From NCBI GenBank assembly GCA_017454295.1, contig JAFTDF010000016.1, positions 8,928 through 72,927 on the forward strand: a DNA stretch of 64,000 nt, read 5' to 3'. Position 1 is the first letter of the stretch; every line of letters begins with the position of its first letter. Made by a program: the position numbers and the translations under genes. Source of the stretch: Bacilli bacterium (GTDB taxonomy: Bacteria; Bacillota_I; Bacilli_A; RFN20; CAG-826). This document shows, piece after piece, positions 20,023-29,001 of this stretch. The notes under the pieces were generated by a model. That model worked only from the letters and a program-made list of their open reading frames with translations. It was not told the origin of the DNA and searched no databases.

Positions 20023-21279
20023 TCATTCTCCTTTCGCGACGAGGGAAACCTCTAATTTCCCTTGGTTAGAATCTAGTAGGTTTTTAGGAAGTTTCATAAT
20101 TTCCATTTCGCTAGGAATCATCGCAAGTTTTAGCATCTTTTTGATTTCCTTGCCGTTGAAGGAGATGCTGATATATACATTCTTGCTCGGCTTGCGGCAG
20201 CGGAACTTCAAGGGGATGGAATCACCCGCTTGTTCCAAATCGATCCAAGAGGGGACGACATAGCCGATTCCATTGCCCGGAACGCATTCGATACGGGCTT
20301 CGGATTTGCCTTCTTTTCCCTGGAGATAAGCCGCCGCGGCAGCCCCGGCTTGACGGCCTTCCTCCACGACGTAATCGACGAGGTCATGGACATGGAGAAC
20401 ATTGCCGCAGCTGAAAACACCGGGAATGGAGGTTTCCATGTTTTGATTGACTTTTGAGCCACGGGTCGAAGAGGGAATCGCACCCGCTTGGTCGAGGATG
20501 GAATTGTTGGGGATTAAGCCGATGGAAAGAAGCAAGGTATCGACGTCGAAACGCTGCTCGGTTCCCGGGATGGGGCGCATCTTCTCATCGACTTGCGAGA
20601 TCTCGATGGCTTCAAGATGTTCTTTCCCGATGATTTTGGTGACGGTATGGGAAAGATAGAGGGGGATATCAAAATCCTTCAAGCATTGTTGGATGTTACG
20701 GTTGAGCCCATTGCTATAAGGCATGAGTTCGGCCACCCCGAGGACTTTCGCCCCTTCGAGGGTCATACGGCGAGCCATGATGAGACCGATGTCGCCAGAG
20801 CCAAGGATAAACACCTTTTTGCCGACCATGTAGCCGAATTCGTTTAGATAGAGTTGAGCTTGGCCTGCGGTGATGACGCCGGCAGGACGGGTGCCGGGAA
20901 TCCCGATGGCACCGCTATTGCGTTCATAGCAACCCGCCGCCATGATGACGGCTTTGGCTTGGATTTCCGTTTTCCCTTTGGCGGAAAGATAGGTCACGAC
21001 TTTGTCTTTGGAAAGGGAAAGGACGTTGGCTTCGAGCTCATAGGCGATGCCACGTTCTTTGACTTGGTCGACGAAACGGGTGAGGAATTCGGGACCGGTG
21101 AGTTCTTCTTTGAATTCATGGAGCCCGAATCCGTTATGGATGCATTGGTTGAGGATGCCACCGAGGAACTCGGTACGTTCGAGGATCAGGATATCCTTGA
21201 TCCCGGCATCATAGGCGGCGACGGCCGCGGCCATACCGGCGGAACCACCGCCGATGATCACCAAATCTTTATGTTCCAT
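20023..21279 (-). CDS. NAD(P)/FAD-dependent oxidoreductase
   Basis: GGGSAG, GGILNQCIHNGFG and GNVLHVHDLVD motifs. Confidence 0.9.
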   Translation of the reverse strand: MEHKDLVIIGGGSAGMAAAVAAYDAGIKDILILERTEFLGGILNQCIHNGFGLHEFKEELTGPEFLTRFVDQVKERGIAYELEANVLSLSKDKVVTYLSAKGKTEIQAKAVIMAAGCYERNSGAIGIPGTRPAGVITAGQAQLYLNEFGYMVGKKVFILGSGDIGLIMARRMTLEGAKVLGVAELMPYSNGLNRNIQQCLKDFDIPLYLSHTVTKIIGKEHLEAIEISQVDEKMRPIPGTEQRFDVDTLLLSIGLIPNNSILDQAGAIPSSTRGSKVNQNMETSIPGVFSCGNVLHVHDLVDYVVEEGRQAGAAAAAYLQGKEGKSEARIECVPGNGIGYVVPSWIDLEQAGDSIPLKFRCRKPSKNVYISISFNGKEIKKMLKLAMIPSEMEIMKLPKNLLDSNQGKLEVSLVAKGE

Positions 21280-22706
21280 TATTTGGCCTCCTTTGCGATG
21301 ATTTCCGATCCTTGGTTATCGTAGAGGATATCGGCGGGCGAGCAGCCGAAATGCTTGGCTAATAGCATCACGACCTTGGGTTGGCAGAAGCCACCTTGGC
21401 ATTTGCCAAAGCCGGCGCGGGTCCGTTTCTTGACCGCTTTCACGGTTTGAGGCGGTAAAGAACGGGAGAGGCAATCCTTGATTTCGCCTAAGGTCACTTT
21501 TTCGCAGTTGCAAACGACGATGCCATAATCCGGGTCTTTCCGGATGAGGGCATTGAGTTCTTGCTCGTCCATCGTGGCTGGATGGAGGTAAGGACGGATT
21601 TTCGGGTTATAGCTTTCCTTGGGTTCCAAAGGAAGGACTTTGGAGACCAATTCGTCGATGACGTATTCCCCAATGGCAGGAGAAGAGACGAGCCCCGGGG
21701 ATTCGATGCCGCCGCAGTTGATGAAATTGGGGTATTTCTTCGACGGTTCGATGATGAAATCATGGGTGGAGGGGGTAGCCCGCAAACCGGAGAAGGTGCG
21801 GATTTGTTCCCGGAAGGGGATATTCGGCACCATCATAAGCGCTTGCTCTTTGACATTGGCAAGGGTCGGCGCATCGGTGGAGAAATCCTCTTTGTCGTCA
21901 TCCCATTCGCTGGAAGGGCCGACGAGGTAATTGCCCGAGGTGGTCGAGGTCACCAAGATGCCTTTGCCCTTTTCCGAAGGAAGGGGGAAGAGGACGTGGT
22001 TCACCAAGCCTTTGGCGTAATGATCGAGGACGAAATATTCGCCTTTGCGCGGTTTGATCGACCAATCGATGGGTTCCACCATGGCGGCAATTTCATCGCT
22101 ATGGAGGCCAGCGCAGTTGATGACGACTTTGGCCTCATGGTCGCGACGCGTCGTATGGACGACGAAGATTCCGTCTTTTTCCTCGATGCCGATGACTTTT
22201 TCGCCGAGATGGACTTTGACCCCGTTATCTACGGCGTTTTCCATGGCGTGGGCCACTAAGGTAAAGGGATTGACGGTGCCGGCGGTCGGGCAAAGCAAGG
22301 CGCCTTTGACCTTGGGGGAGATATTGGGTTCCATCGCCTTCACTTGTTCGGCGGAAAGCAGTTCGGCGGGGACGCCGTTTTCCTTAGCCCGTTCAAGCAA
22401 AGGCAGGAGCATTTGGTATTGGGCATCGTTTAAGGCGACGGTCAAAGAACCGATAGGCTCGAAATGGACATCCAAATCCTTGCAGACTTGGGGGAACATG
22501 CGGTTGCCCTTGACGTTGAAGATGGCCTTCTTCGTACCGGGGACGGGATCGTATCCGGAATGGACGATCGCCGAATTTGCCATGGAGGTGACGTCCCCGA
22601 CATCCTGGCAAGCTTCGATGACGGAGACCTTCAGATTGTAAGACGAGGCCTTGCGGGCGACAAAAGCGCCCACGGCACCGCCTCCGATGATTAAAATGTC
22701 TTTCAT
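21279..22706 (-). CDS. FAD-dependent oxidoreductase with BFD-like [2Fe-2S] domain (GlpA/glycerol-3-phosphate dehydrogenase-like)
   Basis: GGGAVG, ANSAIVHSGYD, GIESPGL and CNCE...GKCQGGFC motifs. Confidence 0.85.
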   Translation of the reverse strand: MKDILIIGGGAVGAFVARKASSYNLKVSVIEACQDVGDVTSMANSAIVHSGYDPVPGTKKAIFNVKGNRMFPQVCKDLDVHFEPIGSLTVALNDAQYQMLLPLLERAKENGVPAELLSAEQVKAMEPNISPKVKGALLCPTAGTVNPFTLVAHAMENAVDNGVKVHLGEKVIGIEEKDGIFVVHTTRRDHEAKVVINCAGLHSDEIAAMVEPIDWSIKPRKGEYFVLDHYAKGLVNHVLFPLPSEKGKGILVTSTTSGNYLVGPSSEWDDDKEDFSTDAPTLANVKEQALMMVPNIPFREQIRTFSGLRATPSTHDFIIEPSKKYPNFINCGGIESPGLVSSPAIGEYVIDELVSKVLPLEPKESYNPKIRPYLHPATMDEQELNALIRKDPDYGIVVCNCEKVTLGEIKDCLSRSLPPQTVKAVKKRTRAGFGKCQGGFCQPKVVMLLAKHFGCSPADILYDNQGSEIIAKEAK

Positions 22707-22775
22707 ATGAAACTATTAAACCCCTTTCCGTAGGAAAATGGAAGATGTATTCCGGTTTTTTGATATAATCAAAGC

Positions 22776-23843
22776 ATGAAATTGGCCGCGGATTTGCCCT
22801 TATTGGAAACGTTGCTGCTCGAAGAGGAGGAAAACCAACTCCGCGACGAGATTGCCAACACCTATTTTTTGCATCAAGATCCCGCGGTTTATCGTGCTAT
22901 CGCCCAAGGAATCGCAAAGGGCGAAACCGTGGAAAACGCCTATCGGAAATCGTTCTTGTCTCGCGCAAGCAAGCAAGAGAAAGAAGCCTTCGCCCAGGTC
23001 GCCTATGGCATGGGGCTCGACGAATTCAAGGAACTCAACCATTCGATTGAGGAAAATCCCTATTTCCGCTTATTGCAAGGCCTTAAGGGTAAACACTTAG
23101 GCGACTTATCCTTCTTCTTACGTTCCTACGCCCCTTACGAGGTGTTCCTCACCGATGACGAAAGCGAAGAAAACGGGCGCCTACAATTAAGCCTAGGTTA
23201 TTATCGGGACGGTTTGTCCTTCCCCGCCCTAAGCAAAAACGAGCAAGTCTGGATGAGCCTCATCCCCCATGAAATTAAGACCATGGAACAAGCCATCATA
23301 GATGCCAAAGGAAAAGTGCTGACGCTAGGACTGGGGCTAGGCTATTACGCCTTCATGGCCGCGGAAAAAGAGGAAGTCACTTCGGTGACCGTCGTCGAAA
23401 ATGATCCCGACGTCCTAGCGATGTTCCGTTCCTTGCTTCTTCCTTTATTCCCCCATAAAGAAAAGATCACCCTCGTGCAGGCCGATGCCTTCGACTTTGT
23501 CGAAACGAAGGGAAAAGACTACGACTTCACCTTCGTCGACATCTATCATGACGAAACCGATGGATTGCCCCTTTATCTGAAACTATTGAAAATCGAACAA
23601 GGCCCCACCGTCTATTGGATTGAACGGGCCATCCTCTTATATTTCCGGCGTTATGTCCTCGCCTTCTTAGAAGAGCAATATGATGGCTATCCCGAAGAAG
23701 CCTATGCCGATCGTAGCGATTTCGCTTCCGCCTTATTCGGGGCGCTTTACGACGCCACAAAAGAAGAAAGCATCCTCAACGAGGATGCCCTTCGTTCGTT
23801 TTTGGATTTGAATGCCCTAAAGGCCTTAGCGAAACGCTTATAA
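22776..23843 (+). CDS. Class I SAM-binding (methyltransferase/spermidine-synthase-like) protein
   Basis: VLTLGLGLGY motif I, VTVVEND, ADAF and FVDIYHD. Confidence 0.7.
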   Translation: MKLAADLPLLETLLLEEEENQLRDEIANTYFLHQDPAVYRAIAQGIAKGETVENAYRKSFLSRASKQEKEAFAQVAYGMGLDEFKELNHSIEENPYFRLLQGLKGKHLGDLSFFLRSYAPYEVFLTDDESEENGRLQLSLGYYRDGLSFPALSKNEQVWMSLIPHEIKTMEQAIIDAKGKVLTLGLGLGYYAFMAAEKEEVTSVTVVENDPDVLAMFRSLLLPLFPHKEKITLVQADAFDFVETKGKDYDFTFVDIYHDETDGLPLYLKLLKIEQGPTVYWIERAILLYFRRYVLAFLEEQYDGYPEEAYADRSDFASALFGALYDATKEESILNEDALRSFLDLNALKALAKRL

Positions 23844-23916
23844 GAGCCGTCCAGTGGAATAAAGGTGATATAAGACGTCGAATTGCTTTTGTGTGAACGC
23901 CTATTTCAGGCGGCAA

Positions 23917-23948
23917 GAAAAAAGCACCCGTTTTCCAGGGTGCTCTTC
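23917..23948. terminator. Terminator between convergent genes
   Basis: AGCACCC...GGGTGCT stem with an A tract on the left. Confidence 0.7.
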
Positions 23949-23955
23949 CTAAATC

Positions 23956-24390
23956 TTACTTCGACCAGGTGTAGGCGTTGGATTCCCAGGTGGAACCGGT
24001 GGTCACCTTGCTCCAGAGGGTGAGGCCGTCGCCGTTGATCTTGTATTCGTAGGCGCCGTCGGCATCCTTGTAGCTGAATTCGAGGACATCGCCATCGGCT
24101 TTGAATTCGACGCCTTCGATCAGGGCAGCGCTCTTGACGGCGGCGATGTTGACGGGAACCAAGGTGCCGATGAGGAGGGTGAGGCCAGCCCCGGTGAGGT
24201 CTTCTTCGGTGTTCTTACCATCGGAAGTCTTGGTCACAAGGTGGCATTTCGCATAGCCGGCGGAAGTGGCTTTGCTGATGGAATAGCCATCGGCCATTTT
24301 GCTGGCCGCGGCGGCGGTGATGGGCTGGGCGCAGCTGGCAAGGGTGGCGGCGCAGGCAAGGCCCAAGACGAAGGTTTTGATCGATTTCAT
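23956..24390 (-). CDS. Hypothetical lipoprotein
   Basis: Signal peptide with LASC lipobox; SD AAAGGAG. Confidence 0.8.
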   Translation of the reverse strand: MKSIKTFVLGLACAATLASCAQPITAAAASKMADGYSISKATSAGYAKCHLVTKTSDGKNTEEDLTGAGLTLLIGTLVPVNIAAVKSAALIEGVEFKADGDVLEFSYKDADGAYEYKINGDGLTLWSKVTTGSTWESNAYTWSK

Positions 24391-24472
24391 GATGAATATC
24401 TCCTTTGTTTTGTAACGGCAGTATTCTACTACCTTGGAAGTGATTATAAACCCTTATTTTTGAATAAAAATA

Positions 24473-24499
24473 AAAAGCAGCCCATTTGAGCTGCTTTTG
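24473..24499 (-). terminator. Terminator after pnp
   Basis: AAAAGCAGC...GCTGCTTTT inverted repeat. Confidence 0.75.
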
Positions 24500-24510
24500 G
24501 AAACGCTTTC

Positions 24511-26742
24511 TTAGCGGCGTCCGCCCCGGTTTCCACCATGGCCATGGCCATCGTGGTGACCGCCATGAGGACGATCGCCACCCCGGCCGTGGGGCTTGGC
24601 TTCCCGTTCGGGACGTTCGACATAGCCTTCCGGCTTGTCTTCGAATTCGCGGTGGGAGACTTTGACTTTGCCCATTTCGAGGCCGATGACCACCACTTTG
24701 AGGGTGTCGCCGACTTTGACGATGTCATTGGCGTCTTGGACGTAATCCCATTTCAAGCGGGACACGTGGCAGAGCCCATCGACATCCCCGAAGAGATTGA
24801 CGAACGCGCCATAATCCTCGACGCGGGTGACTTTGCCTTCGAAGATTTCGCCGACTTTGGCTTCGCGGGTGATCTCGTCGATCATCGCTTTGGCCTTGGC
24901 AATCATCTCCTGGTTGGAATGGTAGATGGTGATGGTGCCGTCTTCCGCCACATCGATGGCCGCGCCATCGCATTCGCGGATCATGCCCTGGATGGTTTCG
25001 CCGCCTTTGCCGATGACGTCGCGGATCTTGGACACATCGATCTTGAAGGTGACCATCTTGGGGGCGTATTTGGAGACTTCCTTGCGCGGTTCGGGGATGC
25101 AGGCGGCGATGGCGGCGCGGATTTCGGCGCGGGCACGATTGGCCTGTTCGAGGGCTTCGTGGAGGACTTCACGGGTGACGCCGTGGATCTTGATATCCAT
25201 CTGGAGGGCGGTTAAGCCTTTGGCGGTGCCGGCGCATTTGAAGTCCATGTCACCGAAGTGGTCTTCAAGACCCTGGATATCAGTGAGGATGGTATAGGGG
25301 TGCTTGCCATCTAAGGGGCCGGAGCTGATCAAGCCCATGGCGATGCCGGAAACGATGCCTTTGATGGGGACACCGGCGGCCATCAAGGACATGCAGTTGG
25401 CGCAGATGGAGGCTTGGGAAGAGGACCCGTTGGATTCGACGACGTCGGCGACGCAGCGGATGGTATAGGGGAATTCCTCTTCGGAGGGAAGGACATAACT
25501 TAAGGCGCGTTCGCCGAGCTTGCCGTGGCCGATTTCGCGGCGGCCAGGGGCGCCCATACGGCCGATTTCACCGACGGAATAAGGCGGGAAATTGTAATGG
25601 TGCATGAAGCGGCGTTCGGTTTCGCCGGTGAGGTTATCGATGAGCTGCTTGTCGGAGAGGGGCCCTAAGGTCGTGGTACCGATGACTTGGGTCTGGCCAC
25701 GGGTGAACATGGCAGAGCCATGGGCACGGGGGAGAAGGTCGACTTGGCAATCAAGCGGACGGATCTCGTCGACTTTGCGGCCATCCGGACGGATCTTTTC
25801 GTCGGTGATGAGGCGGCGGACTTCCTTGGCGACCATGGATTCGAGGATGTCGTTGACCATAAGCATGGACATCTTGTAATCATGTTCGTCTTCGTATTCG
25901 CGCTTCTCATAGTCGTCGGTGATTTCCTTTTTCAAGGCATCGACGGCATCCTGACGTTCGAGCTTATCGAAGATGGAGATGGCTTTGACGAGGCGTTCCC
26001 CAATGCGGCTTTCGATATCGGCGACGATCTTGGGATCGGGGCTATAAAGGCTGATTTCACGTTTGGGTTTGCCGATTTTGGCGATGATTTCCTTTTGGAA
26101 GGCGCAGAGTTCCTTGATGGCCTCATGACCGAACATGATGGCATCGAGCATCTCTTCTTCGGGGACTTCGGCGGCGCCGGCTTCGACCATCATGATGGCA
26201 TCGGCAGTACCGGCGACGGCGAGGTCGATATCGGATTGTTCCTTTTCCGCTTCGGTGGGGTTGATGATGAATTTGCCGTTGACGCGTCCGACATAGACGC
26301 CGGCGACGGGGCCATCGAAGGGGATGTCGGAGATGCAAAGAGCCAAGGAGGCACCCAGCATACCCGTCATCTCAGGGGTGTTGTCGCGGTCACAGGACAT
26401 GACGGTGGCCACGATTTGGACTTCGTTGCGGAACCCATCGGCGAATAAGGGGCGGATGGGGCGGTCGATCAAGCGGGCAGCTAAGGTGGCGTGCTCGCTG
26501 GCGCGGCCTTCGCGGCGGAGGAAGGATCCCGGGATTTTCCCAACCGCATATTGTTTTTCTTCGTAGTTGACGGTGAGCGGGAAGAAGTCGCCCTCTTTGG
26601 GTTCGTCGGCGCAGCAGGCGGTCGCTAAGACCACGGTGTCGCCGAAACGAATCAAGGCCGAGCCGTCGGCCTGTTTCGCGATCTCGCCGGTCTCAACCGA
26701 GAGGGGGCGTCCCGCGAATGTCGTTTCGAATACTTGTTTCAT
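24511..26742 (-). CDS. pnp: Polyribonucleotide nucleotidyltransferase
   Basis: RLIDRPIRPLF, RREIGHG, SNGSSS and DHFGDMDFK motifs, KH and S1 domains; likely start MKQVF at 26742. Confidence 0.98.
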   Translation of the reverse strand: MKQVFETTFAGRPLSVETGEIAKQADGSALIRFGDTVVLATACCADEPKEGDFFPLTVNYEEKQYAVGKIPGSFLRREGRASEHATLAARLIDRPIRPLFADGFRNEVQIVATVMSCDRDNTPEMTGMLGASLALCISDIPFDGPVAGVYVGRVNGKFIINPTEAEKEQSDIDLAVAGTADAIMMVEAGAAEVPEEEMLDAIMFGHEAIKELCAFQKEIIAKIGKPKREISLYSPDPKIVADIESRIGERLVKAISIFDKLERQDAVDALKKEITDDYEKREYEDEHDYKMSMLMVNDILESMVAKEVRRLITDEKIRPDGRKVDEIRPLDCQVDLLPRAHGSAMFTRGQTQVIGTTTLGPLSDKQLIDNLTGETERRFMHHYNFPPYSVGEIGRMGAPGRREIGHGKLGERALSYVLPSEEEFPYTIRCVADVVESNGSSSQASICANCMSLMAAGVPIKGIVSGIAMGLISSGPLDGKHPYTILTDIQGLEDHFGDMDFKCAGTAKGLTALQMDIKIHGVTREVLHEALEQANRARAEIRAAIAACIPEPRKEVSKYAPKMVTFKIDVSKIRDVIGKGGETIQGMIRECDGAAIDVAEDGTITIYHSNQEMIAKAKAMIDEITREAKVGEIFEGKVTRVEDYGAFVNLFGDVDGLCHVSRLKWDYVQDANDIVKVGDTLKVVVIGLEMGKVKVSHREFEDKPEGYVERPEREAKPHGRGGDRPHGGHHDGHGHGGNRGGRR

Positions 26743-26861
26743 TCTTTTCCTCTTTCTTCTAAACAATAACGGCGTTATCTTACCACCCTTAAAGGGTGCT
26801 TGGTAGCAAAATCGCTTTCGGGAAAGAAAAAGCCCCACTTTTTGTGGGGCCGATACCACCG

Positions 26862-27300
26862 CTATTGATCGCACGCCTCCAGCATTTTCAGGCATTCTTG
26901 CATGATGTCATATTTGGGCGGCTTCACCCCATCCACCCGGGTCAGGTCGCCATTATGCCGCAAATCGGCAATCTTTACCTTTCGGGCAATCTCGTTGTGG
27001 GCAAGGGCCTTGCAATAAAGGGGATAAGGCACCGCTTTATCGTGGGTGATTAAGCGCAAAGCCTCCTGCTCTTGCTGGGTTAAGGGCACGGTTTTCGCCA
27101 GATATTCCATACTGTATTCGGGGCAATCCTCCAAGACGTCATGGAGCAACGCCACGATGCAAGTGGATTCATCTTCCATTTGCTCCGCCACATGGGTGGG
27201 ATGGATGGAATACATAGGGATAACCGCCGGTGTCAAATTGGCAGAGATGGGCACGCAACATGATGGTCATGGCCCGTTTGATACGTTCGTTATAAATCAT
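26862..27300 (-). pseudogene. Small HD-domain (Mesh1/SpoT-like) hydrolase, frameshifted
   Basis: SD and ATG 27300 give MIYNERIK...AH..Q.D.GGYPYVFHP. An extra CATC near 27200 shifts the frame. The downstream frame holds HVAEQM...ALLHDVLED...KVKIADLRHN. Confidence 0.85.
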
Positions 27301-27311
27301 GGTTTCTCTCC

Positions 27312-27776
27312 TTAATAATGGATGCGTTCGTATTGGATTCCCGCTTCCTCACACTTATCGAGGAAGGGGTGATTATCCGGATTGCCATCAAAGAAGGCGA
27401 CGAGACCCTTGAAAAGGTCTTCCCCAAAGACAGCTTTTAGTTTTTCGGTTTCCGTCTTGGAGAAGGAATAGGCATATTCGTATTCCTCATCTCCAAACAT
27501 TTGTTTCGCTAGTTCGGTGAAGTCGCGGCCTTCCAAATACAAGCTGCCGTCAGCGCGTAAATAGGCCGTCAAGCAAAACCAATCCCCGTTCTTTTTCTCG
27601 ACATGATAGATTTCGCATTCCCGGGGTTCTTTCTTGGCCGCTTCTTTTTGGTGGTTGGTTAACCTCACAACGAAGCCCCGCCGATCCACCGTCTTTGGGG
27701 GTTGTAGGCCCGCGTCGATAAAAGCTCGGTCAATCAGTTCTTTCCAAGTCTCTCCCGTTGATTTTTCCTTCTTCAT
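27312..27776 (-). CDS. Hypothetical protein
   Basis: 154-aa ORF with SD AAAGGAG; acidic LYLEGRD...GDEEYEY core. Confidence 0.75.
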   Translation of the reverse strand: MKKEKSTGETWKELIDRAFIDAGLQPPKTVDRRGFVVRLTNHQKEAAKKEPRECEIYHVEKKNGDWFCLTAYLRADGSLYLEGRDFTELAKQMFGDEEYEYAYSFSKTETEKLKAVFGEDLFKGLVAFFDGNPDNHPFLDKCEEAGIQYERIHY

Positions 27777-27845
27777 AACGGTTCTCCTTTCGCCTCCATC
27801 ATAAAGAAAAGACCCGGAATTCGGGTCGAATCGGGTTCGACATTC

Positions 27846-28229
27846 TCACTTTGAGAATAACGGATCGAGTTGCTGGGAGACGAGTAACTCGTCGACTTTT
27901 AATGGATCATAGATTCCTTCCTCGATGCAATAACGAATGACGAGATCAAAAGGATCGCGGTTGAGGATATAACCAGCGGATTTGACGAGGTGCTTGCATT
28001 CTTTGTATTGGAGGCGCAAAGCGATGGCCAAAGCACAGACGTTTCGCTTGGTGGGCCGTTGCTTAGGATTCGACACCAATTTCGACCAGGTTTTCCGGTC
28101 AATCCCCGCCGCTTTATAGACTTCGGGATCAGTGAGCCCCCGGTTTTGAATCAGCTTGAAAAGATAGGTGTGGAACTCCTCATAATTGGTCTTCTCCGCG
28201 AGATATTGTTCCAAGGTCTTTTCGGGCAT
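27846..28229 (-). CDS. XRE-like HTH protein (resembles the C-terminal HTH of Firmicutes macro-domain proteins)
   Basis: GLTDPEVYKAAGIDRKTWSKL...ALAIAL...AGY pattern; TATAAT 6 nt before ATG 28229. Confidence 0.75.
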   Translation of the reverse strand: MPEKTLEQYLAEKTNYEEFHTYLFKLIQNRGLTDPEVYKAAGIDRKTWSKLVSNPKQRPTKRNVCALAIALRLQYKECKHLVKSAGYILNRDPFDLVIRYCIEEGIYDPLKVDELLVSQQLDPLFSK

Positions 28230-28442
28230 GCTCTTATTATATAAGAAAAGAATCCCCGCTAGGCGGTAGTCATTAGCTACCACGGGTGGATTCCTAGCTT
28301 ATTGAAGCAAAAGATCTCCCTTTTTTCAAGATAGATATCCGCAATCATTCCATCACGCTCAAGTAATTTGAATGCCGCGTAACTTAACCACTCAGTTGTT
28401 TGATATCGAACGGTTATGTGGCAAGAAGAACTACTTTGAAAA

Positions 28443-28466
28443 GAAAAGCCACCCCAACGGGTGGCG
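28443..28466 (-). terminator. Terminator after rpsO
   Basis: GCCACCC/GGGTGGC stem followed by TTTTCTTTT on the minus strand. Confidence 0.8.
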
Positions 28467-28481
28467 TATCCAACATCGTAA

Positions 28482-28751
28482 TTACTTACGGATGCCGAGG
28501 GCTTTGATGAGCTTGCTGTAACGATCGGCATCGGTACGGGCGAGGTAGTCGAGAAGGCTACGACGCTTGCCGACGAGGATGAGCAAGGAACGACGGGCAC
28601 CGGCGTCTTGAGCGTTGTTCTTCAAGTGGGCGGTGAGGTCTTTGATACGTTCGGTGAGAAGGGCGATTTGGACTTCGGCGGAACCGGTGTCCTTGGCGTC
28701 TTTGCCGAACTTCTTGATCAAAGCGGCGGTCTTTTCTTTGGTTAAGGCCAT
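28482..28751 (-). CDS. rpsO: 30S ribosomal protein S15
   Basis: DTGSAEVQIALLT and LVGKRRSLLDYL motifs. Confidence 0.98.
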   Translation of the reverse strand: MALTKEKTAALIKKFGKDAKDTGSAEVQIALLTERIKDLTAHLKNNAQDAGARRSLLILVGKRRSLLDYLARTDADRYSKLIKALGIRK

Positions 28752-28836
28752 TACTAGTTCTCCTTTCTTTGGACTTGGCCACGTCTAGGGTGAGATGGAA
28801 GGAGATCCGTCATCACTCCGGCGGGCTGCAGGCAAT

Positions 28837-28865
28837 ATGATAGGGAAATCGGGCTTGTTTTACAA
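28837..28865 (-). promoter_or_regulatory. Sigma-A promoter of rpsO
   Basis: TTGTAA-N17-TATCAT. Confidence 0.65.
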
Positions 28866-29001
28866 GGGAAATCGTTTTGCGGGAACGGGGATGCGAAAAC
28901 CAGGATGAAAGCAGCCATCGCAATGACGCGGATTCGCTTTTTCTTGCGCCCTCACACGCACAGGAATAAAATATCGCCCGTCAGTTTTGGAGGAATCCCC
29001 T

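Noticed and set aside
19674-22706. Three-gene flavoprotein/Fe-S/DUF1667 cluster as a novel system
   Set aside because: A widespread operon in anaerobic Firmicutes, usually linked to glycerol-3-phosphate oxidation
28880-28945. CCAGG...AAGCAGC stretch reminiscent of SRP RNA helix 8
   Set aside because: It lacks the GGAA tetraloop stem and the long enclosing helix
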